From Epiperipatus broadwayi (lineage: Eukaryota; Animalia; Onychophora), in assembly GCA_028023455.1 (NCBI GenBank), contig JAQFVV010000003.1:13640001-13704000 (forward strand): 64,000 nucleotides of DNA. Direction: 5' to 3'. Positions 28,763 to 39,830 of the stretch are shown in pieces; position 1 is the first letter of the stretch; every line of letters begins with the position of its first letter. The translations under genes were made by a program, and so were the position numbers. Under the pieces are notes generated by a model, which made no database searches, had not been told where the DNA came from, and saw nothing but the letters and a program-made list of their open reading frames with translations.

Positions 28763-29189
28763 ACTAGTTTAAGTCAATTTATTGAAGTTTATGTTGTTAC
28801 CTGTTCACATTAAGATTTCTTGATAGTAGTATTGTATTGTCTGGTTAGTCTAACATACCTTTGAATAGAGAATTTAATATACAGTATTATTAAATAGTGG
28901 TCATAGTATACAACCTATCTATTAAATGAATGATCAGTCAAGATCAACAAAGCATACTTTCTTGATTAAAATGCAAAAGTTTATAATTTCTTTTTGATTT
29001 GTTTTTTTTTTGTAGTTTATCATATTATAAATAAGGTACACAGTATAAATCAACAATGTGAATGGACAATCGAGACAACTCATAAATATTTATCTTTTTA
29101 AATATGGTAGATTTCACATTGATTTTTTTTGTAGACTATTATAATTATAATTGAATCAGGAAATCATTAAATATTCAAGCATTTGAAGC

Positions 29190-29245
29190 AAAGGCTGTTT
29201 TGATCCAGAAATCTTTAGCTCTTGAGCCTGCCATTCTACCATTGT
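29190..29245 (-). mobile_element. tRNA-derived SINE head fragment
   Basis: Minus strand CAATGGTAGAATGGCAGGCTCAAGAGCTAAAGATTTCTGGATC; a related copy lies at ~20945-20990 (+). Confidence 0.45.
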
Positions 29246-30511
29246 GAAAAATCACACAGGGCTTTAAAATTTATAATAAATGTGATAATCCATAGACACA
29301 GTACTTAAAAGTCTATGATAACCTCCTCACTGATGGTAAAGGCCGCATCATTTTATAAACAAGATTTGATATACAAAAATTTCAACAATTTTCATTTTAA
29401 CCTAGATTATCATAGGAGCTTTATTTTCCATCTAATATTCCATTAAGAATATTAAATAGCTGGTTGGATTGGCTATTTGTCAAGTTTTTCTAGTTTTAAA
29501 TACTAGATCGTATGTATTCATTCTATTTACATTTTTTTAAGCACATTTCCCTCTCTTGTTTATCAAATACAAAACATCAGTGATATGACTTTATAATTTC
29601 CAAATTTACCACTTAGTAAAATTTAGTCTAAGATTGATAAATAACTTTCTCAAACAAAGTACAACTTCTTTAATAAGTGAATTGCTTTCATCCAAGTGGA
29701 ATTCAATTGATAATTTTTAGCTTAACTAACCAGCACATGGGATGCTGAGATAATCTCTCAGGACAATATTTGTTTATTGAATAGATTTCAATGATTTCTT
29801 GTTCTGCTTCTGAATCAAGGCTCAACATGTTATTTTTGGTGTTTAATTATCACATTATCTCTAGTGCAAATTACCATTAGATTATTACATATTGATTTTC
29901 TATAGCATACAAGGAAGCAAATCTCCATTGTTATTTCTTTCAATGGCTGTGTAATCTGAAACTAATCATGTTGGTTTCAAAAATGTTCAATTTTCATTTT
30001 TTTAAATAAAAAATATAGTTATGAGAAATATCTGAATATCTTATAATCATACTTTTATACATAGGCCTAAGTAATTACTGCAATTTTTCTGAAGCTTTTT
30101 TTTAGTATCATTGATACAGTATCTGATCTATTGCCACAGTTATTTCCACAAAGCTCATGCATAAGAGATGACATTCCTATAAACCTTCTAATGGTACCCA
30201 TCTTACATTATATGTTTTCTATAAAATAATACATTTCATAATGAATAGTGTTTCTCTTGGTGCTGCATTATTTATTTGTGTATTAGATGCTCAAGAAACC
30301 AAATAATGTAGATCTCTAAAGAAGATTATTAATTTCATAATATCACATTTTATATGAATTTATGAGTTAAAGACCATTTAGCATTAATCAGAATGCTTTT
30401 CAAAAAGATAATTAACTTTATCTGATTATACTTTATAAGCAATGACTGTTTAATTATTTAGCATTAATCCAAATACATTAAAAAAAAAGATGATTTGATA
30501 TCACATTTTAT

Positions 30512-31379
30512 GGTACTGTGAAATTAGAGCTGCGACATGAAAAATTATAATCGTTTAATAATTAAAAATTATTAAATCAAAAATATATTTTAAAATCTAC
30601 ATTAAAAAAAAAAAACAATTTAACAAAAAATACGAAAAGCATTAACGTGAAGAATAGTTAAAATGTGTGTTTAAATCAAATTGTGTTTGCATGTGCATAT
30701 TCTGCATAATCTATTTTAATCCATTGTACAGGCTTACACCTGCATTTATATATGTAATATATGCGGGATTCGAACTCAGATTTTCACATGACCTACAACT
30801 CTCAGTGCCATCTTATATTGCTGACTCACCTGATCACACACATGTTGAAAAGATAAATAATCACCAATATATGTATTTCATGCTAAACCAGCACTCATTA
30901 AAGTATGAAGATTGGTTATCTTAATATAAAGCTGAGTACTAATTGTATATATGTGTGGAGATGGTAATCTGAACCAACTGATGAGTGCTGGTTTAGCACG
31001 AAATATGTATATTGGTGATTATTTTCTTTTCAACATGTGTGTGATCAGGTGAGTCAGCAATATCAGATGGCACTGAGAGTTACAGGTCGTGTGAAAGTCT
31101 GAGTTCGAATCCTACATATATTACATATATAAATGCAAGTGTAAGTCTGTACAATGCATTAAAATAGATTATGCAGAATATGCACGTGTACACACTCAAT
31201 TTGATTTAAACACGCATTTTAACTATTCTTCACATTAATGCTCTTCATATTTTTTTTTTTGTTAAATTGTTTTTTTTTTAAATGCAGATTTTAAAATATG
31301 TTTTTGATTTAATAACCTAATTAATTTAATGATTAAACGATTATAATTCTTCATGTCGCAGCTCTAATACCACAGTACC
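30512..31379. mobile_element. Foldback insertion F3: hammerhead followed by tRNA-like box, ~390-bp arms
   Basis: Arms ~30512-30896 and ~30980-31379; B-box-like GAGTTCGAATCC (31101-31112, mirrored at 30766-30777); possible TSD ATTTTAT (30505-30511, 31381-31387); no clear tail. Confidence 0.8.
30973..31016 (+). ncRNA. Minimal type I hammerhead ribozyme with intact core
   Basis: ACCAA-CTGATGA-GTGCT-GGTTT-AGCAC-GAA-ATATGTAT-A/TTGGT: 5-bp stem I, 5-bp stem II with G10.1-C11.1, self-complementary stem III, AUA cleavage predicted after 31011. The mirror copy (30863-30900, minus) has a broken core (TTAATGA). Confidence 0.85.
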
Positions 31380-32591
31380 TATTTTATATGTATTGATAGT
31401 AATAGATATTCTTACTTTGCCATTGAAGGGATATATTTGAGGATTATTTATAATTTCTTTTCTGTTTCAGTCAGTGGTTGATTTATACATTTTAACTTGT
31501 ATTTTAATTTAAAAAGTGATTTATTCAAATAATAGTAAGGTCTAAAACATAAAAAAAAAATCAGAGAGAGAGAGAGAAAGAGATAGAAAAAATAGGAAAA
31601 TAATAATAATTAAAATCCAATCTATTTAAAAAATATATTAGTGACATCTCTCTTTTCACTCCAGAAGTAAATAAATGAAAATACATTCAGACTATATTAT
31701 GATCAACTTGTAACCAACTGGTTTTTTTCTAGTAAATAAGGCATTTGCACTCTTTTTAATCATTTATTTTTATATCATGCAATATGGAGCTAATGACTTG
31801 GAAATTCAAAAACACAAAGGTTTTGAACTCTGAATTGACAATATAACATCTAGGACTTCAATCAAAATAAAATCAATTGAATACTTGTGCTTACATTGTG
31901 CGTCATGCAGTCAAAAATAGATGTTGCTAATGTTAATTACTGAAAGCACATGAATACTTATTAATTTTTTAAAAAAAAAAAAAAGTTTATTAATATTTTG
32001 GAAAACACACCATAATCATGTAAAAACTCATTACGTTTTATAAAATGGTTCTAAAATTGAGATACTAGAAAAAGAAAATTATTAGCAATGGCAAACTACC
32101 ACTAATGTTATCGCTCGATCATAATACTTTTTTGTCTATGCATTCAATATATCTTTAGGCAGAAAACATGGTCTAAATATGTAACAATTGTGGACAAAAA
32201 AAAAATTAGGCAGAATTTGGAAATATGAAGTGTGTCAAAAAGAGCAGTACAAGAATTTTGAGAAAATGTTAAAAAGGGAATTAAGTTTTAGGACTGACAA
32301 GAAATAGGATCTGAAAGAAGTTTAGAACAGTGATTATGATTCTGTATGTAGAAGACACTGATTAGGAAAATGAAGATAAATGAAAAGCTATTTTAAACTT
32401 GTATTTTTATTTTTTCATATGGAGCATGATTTTATATGTGCAAAACTGCTTTGCAGTCTAGAACTAACAAAAGAAATGTACTCAAAAATGTAAATTTAAT
32501 TTCAACGAATAAAGAAACAGAAATGACTTTTAAATGTGAAGATGTTTAAAAAGCTTCACGCTCTTAAGTCAATATGCTTCAGACTGGCTTA

Positions 32592-33340
32592 TATATATTT
32601 GCAAATAATGCTTCAGAGTTGCAGGAGTTAGCAGATGAAAGTAGAAAAGTAGGACTAAAGATAAATGTTAAAAAGACTAAAGTAATGTTTAATTGATTTG
32701 CTCAAAATATGAAAATAAAGAGTGATTATGAAGAATTAGAAGAAGTTAACAGTTACAAATACCTTGGTCAGATTATTAATACAGATGGAAACATAATGGA
32801 GGAAATTAATCATAGAATTAAACTTGGTTGGAGTCCTTTTGGTAGAAATAACTTGATACTAAAAGGAAATATGCCTATGTGTTTGAAAAGTATGGTTTTT
32901 AACAAATGTGTTTTACCAGTTCTTACTTATGGATCTGAGACTTGGACACTTAATAGAAGAGCAATACAGAGACTTCAGACCACTCAAAGGAGTATGGAGA
33001 GATGTATGTTGGGAGTAACAAGAAGAGATCAAAAACGCAATGTATGGGTAAGACAACAAACAGGTGTTACTGACCTTATTGAAAAAATTAAAAGATTGAA
33101 ATGGAGTTGGGCTGGACATATTGCTAGAAGAGATGATAATAGATGGACAATTGAAATTTTAAACTGGATTCCAAGAGATTGTAAAAGACCCAGAAAGAGA
33201 TCACATGTGAGATGGATGGATGAAATAAGAAAATGTGCAGGGGTGTTGTGGAGAAGAGAAGCTAAAGATCGGAGAAGATGGATTAAACTTGGAGAGACCT
33301 TCATCCTGCAGTGGATTGATAATGGTTGATGATGATATAT
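32592..33340 (+). mobile_element. 5'-truncated RTE-clade LINE, relatively well preserved
   Basis: ORF 32709-33329 with RT C-terminal motifs YKYLG, LPVLTYGSETW, KWSWAGHIARR and LQWIDNG*; upstream frame LADESRKVGLKINVKKTKVM; short (TGA)n tail. Confidence 0.92.
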
Positions 33341-35390
33341 AGAAATTTAAGTAAAGAAGAAGGTGGAACTAAAATCTCTGTCTTGTGTTGCGACTTGAGC
33401 ATGCGAGGTTTCAGCCTTTCACTTTAATAACAATTTATGTAAATTTAATAATGCTTTTCATTAAACCCTTAAATAATGTAGCATACTTTTAATATACATA
33501 TATCGATCAATAATGGTATACATTTATTAAATTTTTCTGGAATTGTTGCAATATGAAATCAAAAATTAAGTTTCATGACCTACCTGCGAGATAGTATTCT
33601 AGAGAAATAAATAATCAAAATGAATCCATAAGAAATAAATGTACATACTGTATTTTTATTGAATTTACTAATAAGCTTTTCAGGAAATAAAGTAATGCAA
33701 AAGATATTCCATAAGAAAGTGACAGTAATGTCTTCATTAAATAAAATTATATCTAGAAAAAAATCCCTCATAAAAAATTAAATGTAGGCAGAGATCAAAT
33801 GCAAAATGAATGGGTCTTGTTTCAAATTCTGCCTTGCAATTAAATGTTAGTTTATAACTTTATTTAAACAAAAAAAAACTTTTGGTATGCAAAGTAATAT
33901 AAAAGTAATCCAAAAAAAAGAGAGAGAAGTAATTGACAGCAATAAATGTGTTAAATAAAAGCAATAAATAAAAAAAGTAATCCATAAGACATAAAATGCA
34001 TGAATCATTTGTTCCCAAAATTTTTTTGCAAAACAATTTAAAAAAAAGGAAACAACTTAAATAGTGATAATAAGTATTTGAAAATTAATTTCAAATACAG
34101 AAACTATTTACAATATTAGTCAAGAATGATATATATTCATTTATGTTTTATCTTGAAATTTCCATCATAAATGAACCAGGTGTGACTAGAAAGATTCTTG
34201 ACATATACATCTCATTTTCTTTAAATTTATGTATTTAGCAAGAAGCTGAAAATGCAGAAAAAATTTCATTGCCTGTTAAAAACAAAAAAGGGACAATTCT
34301 TTGTTTTGAAATCAATAATAAAAAAATATTTGTGAATTAAATTGTTAGAGTATAACAAATTATATCTGCCATATTTATTACAATCATTCAAGTTAATATG
34401 GATTACTTTTTTATTATTTTGCAATTTCCGGTGGTGGGATAAATAAATATGTGTATTTGATTTCTTATGGATTAATTTATTCATTGCTTTCTCCCTATAT
34501 TAATATTTGGTAGATAGACCATGAAACTTAAAATAGATCACATATTATAATAGCTCCATTTCCCCTTAAGAATATCGATAAACACTGAGGAGTTACTAAA
34601 CATTAGCAAGGCTTAATAAATGATGCAAATCATTCCCTAATGTTAATTGAACATTACTGTTTGATTATACCATTTATTGCTTTAACCATGGATCATATCA
34701 TCCCAAAACAGGAAAAATATTATTGAACAAAAAAAAAAAATCCCTGAATATAATATACATTTTACATCGATTCTTGATGACCAAACATTATAACTGATTA
34801 TAAATTATTAATGTAATACTTTCTATAATCCTGTAAATATTGAATAAAATGAGAATGATGTTGATACTAAATGCATATAGTGATATTATTACATACCATT
34901 AGCAACAATTTATAAATGAGTAGAGCCATTCCATTATTAGGCAAAAAAAAAAAAAAAAAGAATAATGACAAAGAATTCAGAAATAATAATAAAAATATTT
35001 AGAATTGCTATATGTGAGATTAAAAAGATAGATAAGATCTTATGAAAGAATGAGAAAAAGAATGAAGAGAAAAAACAAAGAGAATAGTTTGTTAGAAACA
35101 TTACTTGCCTTTGATGACCAAACACTTTATGGTAAAAAGTTGCAGAAGAGAATAATTCACTAGTATTTGCAAGACGAAGCTAAAATCATGGATAGGATAG
35201 TTAATCACTACAGCAGGTAAAATTCTAAATATAATTCATCTGTATCTCTAAAATTATAATATCTGTGAAGGAACTGGATAACTCTATCAAAATAATTCAC
35301 TAAGAAATTCTTTTTACAATTTCTTTCTTTCTACTAGCCATGTAACTCTGTAATAAGTATAAGGAAAAAATATCCAACTAAACTTTTTTA

Positions 35391-35482
35391 TTAAAACAGG
35401 CAAAACTCACTATATATATTGACACACACAGCAAGCTAGACACAAGCATAAGAGGTGGTGGTCATGTGATGTTTATTGGCTT
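35391..35482. mobile_element. 92-bp family-A mini-insertion
   Basis: Reverse-complemented arm end TTAAAACAGGCAAAACTC, short spacer, then tail GCTAGACACAAGCATAAGAGGTGGTGGTCATGTGATGTTTATTGG; perfect 12-bp TSD TAAACTTTTTTA (35379-35390, 35483-35494). Confidence 0.75.
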
Positions 35483-37126
35483 TAAACTTTTTTATGTTTG
35501 CAATGTTATTTTCTGCCAAATTATGAGTTTGAAAACTGGTTAACCTATCTATAATATATTGTCTATCATAAGACATTAAATAGTAAAGAAGTCAGAAAAT
35601 GAAAAAAATGTTAAAAAACCAACAGTAAAGGAAAATTTATGTACAATACTGGTAAGATATATAATTTGAAAAGTATATACTAAATTTGACAGCTCTGATA
35701 AAATTTTATGCAGTGTACATAAACTATAGTTACAAATTACAAATGTGAATTCAAATTTAATATAACTTAAAAGGTATATTTTAAAAAATCTTAAACAGTA
35801 AGGATTTTTCATCCTAATACATACACAATAGTTTTTTTTTTTTATATATATATATTAACTCAACAATGTCATTTAGTATTGAGGAAACTCTCAAACTATG
35901 ACACAAGCAAATAAAATTAAATATATAAAAAATCTTAAATAATTTGTAAGTAGTTTAACTTTGAATATTGTTTTGTTGTAATCCTTAATACTGGTAATTT
36001 TCTGTTTTAAAATCTAATATTTATCATATTCTTAAATGTCATTGTGAAATAAACACAGATTTAATCATTAATCAATGTCTAGTACACATACTTTCATTAT
36101 TACTTTATCCTAGTTTAAAATAAATAGCAAATTATTAGTTATTAGTCCTTATTAAATAATTCATTAAGCAACATGACATGTGGGTTAGCATTGTAGTAAC
36201 ATATATGCATTTATTTATTTGTAAAATTCATTTTATTATTATATAAATAATAATATAATTATACTTTGATTTCTACTATAAAATCTGGGTATAGCACATA
36301 TATAGACTTGCCATGACCAGATAGTAAATTTATTAGCATGTTTAGGTATTCTTGTTTTCCTAAAATTTGTGTTCACAATGTATGTGTGTAGGTTTTCAAT
36401 CATTAAAAATGATATATTTATTTAACTTAATTTTTACTTATTATATAATATCAAAATTGGAAAGGAATAAAAATCCTTATGCTGCTCTACCACAAAATAA
36501 TAATCAAAATAATAATAATAATAATTCTTTACAACAGCTATATAATCAAATAATAATTTTATACATTAAAAAGCTTTTTTTCAGCACCTGCTTTGGTGCC
36601 CTTTTCAAATGTGATTAATCTATTTAACATTAATGAATCACCTGATATAAAACCATCCAGTGCCCAATAATGGAATTAAAACAAACAATAATAATAATAC
36701 AAATAATTAACAACAAATCAAAACCCTCATATATAAATTCAATAATTACAAAAGAATTGATTATATCATAACATTATGTTAAACAATATTACATGCATTT
36801 TTTTATATAATTATTTATATAATTTTCCATTCATTTTAATCAACCAATTATTAACCAAATTTATAGAAGTCTTATAAATATTCATACAATTAGTCAAATT
36901 ATTTTTAATATAAGACTTCTAAAAATTTGGTTAATAATTGGTTGATTAAAAATGAATGGAAAATTATATAAATAATTGTAGAAAAAAAATGCATGTAATA
37001 TTGTTTAACGTAATGTTATGATATAATCAATTCTTTTATAATTATTGAATTTATATATAAAGGTTATGATTTGTTTTAATTCCATTATTGGACACTGGAT
37101 GGTTTTATATCAGGTGATTCGTTAAT

Positions 37127-37600
37127 AAATATTACCAAAATCACACTTTTCTTTATGTTTGCCGTAATATCATATAAATACAATTTATCCAAACTTCAAA
37201 CACTTTTTAGCAAACTTTATTTGTACATACACCTATGTTTCGACTGACCTGCAGTCTTCTTCAGAGCTATGATATAATGAACAAAATAAAAAAAACAACT
37301 ATATAATAAAACTATAAAAAAAATTTTTAAACAATAAAAAAACTAAAAACAACATAAAATATATATATTAAAAACCTGAAATAAATAATCAAACCCATAT
37401 AAAACAATTAATATAAAATAAAATGTACTACATAAATAAAAAATATTTTTTTTTTTTTATGGTGTTATTATATAGTTGTTTTTTTATTTTGTTCATTATA
37501 TCATAGCTCTGAAGAAGACTGCAGGTCAGTCGAAACATAGGTGTATGTACAAATAAAGTTTGCTAAAAAGTGTTTGAAGTTTGGATAAATTGTATTTATA
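37127..37600. mobile_element. Foldback insertion F5 (inner, young PLE pLTR pair)
   Basis: Arms 37170-37308 and 37465-37603, identical except one homopolymer length; 43-nt tail 37127-37169; perfect 12-bp TSD TGATTCGTTAAT (37115-37126, 37601-37612). Confidence 0.9.
37502..37547 (+). ncRNA. Penelope-type minimal hammerhead motif (identical mirror copy at ~37225-37270, minus)
   Basis: CATAGCT-CTGAAGA-A-GACTG-CAGGT-CAGTC-GAAACATA/GGTGTATG: intact CUGAAGA and GAAA, 5-bp stem II with one inserted A, bulged stem I; stem III ACAT is one transition from the ACGT palindrome. Confidence 0.75.
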
Positions 37601-38360
37601 TGATTCGTTAATGTTAAATAGATTAATCACATTTGAAAAGGGCATCAAAACAGGTGCTGAAAAAAAAGCTTTTTAATGTATAAAATTATTATTTGATTAT
37701 ATAGCTGTTGTAAAGAATTATTATTATTTTTTTGATTACTATTATATAATATTAAAGTTCTTTAACAGGTATAATTTTTATTTTTTAAAATATATTCTAT
37801 ATTGGGTCATATATTCTTTATATACTGTTTGTAAGATGCATTGTAATCAAAAAATTATGCTGTAAGGACTGGGTTAGATAATTAGGAATGTGAAAATTAA
37901 TTGTGCTGAAAGAATAGCAAAAAATAATAATAATAATAATGAAGGCAGATTATCTAAGAAACAATAATGCCTTCCTCTTATTGTGTTTAAAACTATGTTT
38001 AAAAGAAATAAAAACTGCACTCCACTATATAATCCTTCTGTATATCTATATAAATCTGGCTCTCCAGCATTCTATGAAAGTGTGGACAATTGAATTTCTT
38101 ATTACCAAGATATGATCTAAACTTTATATCATTCACATAAATTGGCATACCAACAAGTACTAGCATAGAAATAAATTCATGTCAACAAATATTCCATCAC
38201 ATTAAGCTAATAAGATATGATGAAGTATATATAATGAAGTGATAAGAATTGTCACATTGAATTATGTTCCCTCAATCCAGCAAATCATTAATTCAGAAAA
38301 GCTAGGAAACACATTGTATTTAGATATAAATGATTTCTGTTCAGTACATTAACATGATTT

Positions 38361-39027
38361 AAAGTGTAAAATATAAAATGCGCTAACATGCACGAGCACA
38401 CAAAGTTGAAGGCAAATAAAGAAATTATTTTATTTTATATTTTTAATTATGTGGCTAAGTGCTTTCGAGGGTCAGAGCAATCATATTCATAGCCATCTTG
38501 TAAATAGACAAGTAAATTGATTAAAAGTGATGTAAATTTATGTAAATGCGATAGTTACGTATTCCATTTCCTGGATATTTTGTAGCAAGAGTCTTTTCTA
38601 TTTATGATGTCGTTATCTCTAGCGATAAAGTAAGCCTCTTTTATCTTCCTTTTGAGATCATGTCGCTCTCTGCAAACCACCACTGGATCTCTAGGTTGGC
38701 AATCGTGACCAACTGAAGTGCGGTGCAATGCAAAAACTTAACTATAAGAAGTGTCTATCAGTGCTTTCTTATAGGAGTATGTGTGTTGGGATAGCCTAGT
38801 AGACAGAGGCCCTGGTCTCACCATAATACCATGATTTACATCGCTGTCTATTTACAAGATGCCTATGAATATGAGGGCTCTGACTCTCGAAAGAGCTTAG
38901 TCACGTAATTAAAAAAAAATATATAAAAAATTTCTTTATTTGTCTTCAGCTTTGTGTGCTTGTGCATGTTAGGCATTTTATATTTTACATTTTAAAACAA
39001 TTAGCCACAAAGTTTAAACTGTTTGCT
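38361..39027 (-). mobile_element. Foldback insertion F6: 5'-truncated Penelope-like element with inverted pLTR
   Basis: Arms ~38358-38509 and 38846-38996; 31-nt tail; perfect 14-bp TSD CATTAACATGATTT (38347-38360, 39028-39041). Spacer encodes a GIY-YIG C-terminus. Decayed hammerheads at 38452-38495 (-) and 38860-38903 (+), arm consensus TGGCT-ATGAATA-T-GAGGG-CTCTGA-CCCTC-GAA-AGCGCT-T/AGCCA. Confidence 0.88.
38555..38830 (-). pseudogene. GIY-YIG endonuclease C-terminal remnant of a Penelope-like element
   Basis: Frameshifted YYGET..PLSTRLSQH.. then ALHRTSVGHDCQPRDPVVVCRERHDLKRKIKEAYFIARDNDIINRKDSCYKISRKWNT*, the typical PLE EN tail (YxGxT..R..H..H..GH..E..R.I.EA..I..INR..W). Confidence 0.85.
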
Positions 39028-39830
39028 CATTAACATGATTTGTTAATTTCTACTCTGGGATCTTAATGGCTATAAATTCTCATAGCCCTTAATTTGGTTC
39101 TTTGAATAATAAAATTTTTAATTTATAAATTACTTGACTTAATTAATAGTGCATTAATATATAAAAAGTTTTTTTTAAGGAAAAATAAAAGCCCTTGATT
39201 ACAGTAACTCATATATTTATTGTTATCATAATAAGTAAAACCATTTAACTATTTCAGAAAATATAAAGAAAATAATAAAAATTGGATTATTTTTGAAAAT
39301 GGATAAATTTTTCCTGTTGACTTTCAGTTTTCTGATCAAAAGATTTCATCTACTTTGAATAAAGATGTCATACAATGAATTGCCAATTAAAAATAATTTA
39401 CTTGCCTTATTCAAAAGTTTTGTACATCTAATTATTTAGAAATACAATAACAGCTCAAAGTGAAAGAAAAAAGTGCATGTGAGAAGTATAATGTAGAACC
39501 ATGATGCAAAGCAGGGTAATTGTAAAAACAATATGTATAGAGAGTTCAAAAGTTCACATTTTTTTTTTGCATTGGGAACCGAATTTGATTGAAATGATAA
39601 ATATGCTCCTCTAGATTAACAAATATTTAATAATGTTTAAATGAATTATGCATAAAGCATAAGTGTTAAATACAAATTACTTAAAATAAGAAAGAATTGT
39701 GTTATGCCAGAAATCTCAAAACAATCATGGCTAAAGCAAGAATCTGAATCAGTAACATAGAATAAATTAATGAATTAAATAAAAATCTCCAGAGTACAGC
39801 AAGTTTAATAATATATTTAATTGCTCATTA

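Larger units (their letters stand above)
36452..37739. mobile_element. Foldback insertion F4 (outer) with degenerate hammerhead, interrupted by F5
   Basis: Left arm ~36497-36876; right arm 36909-37126 plus 37613-37739; 32-nt loop; 45-nt tail 36452-36496; 13-bp (AT-only) TSD TATTATATAATAT (36439-36451, 37740-37752). Hammerhead-like ACAT-TTGAAAA-G-GGCACC-AAAGCA-GGTGCT-GAA-AAAAAGCTTTTT-A/ATGT at 36563-36612 (-), mirrored at 37629-37679 (+). Confidence 0.75.

Noticed and set aside
29324-29370. CCTCA-CTGATGG-TAAAG..TTTTA-TAAACAAGATT, hammerhead-like
   Set aside because: Both core boxes mutated, stem III not palindromic, no foldback or TSD; too degenerate to count.
32913-33304. Minus-strand ORFs 32913-33119 and 33029-33304 (also 15039-15227, 15292-15528, 50586-50771)
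   Set aside because: Antisense shadows of RTE LINE coding sequence.
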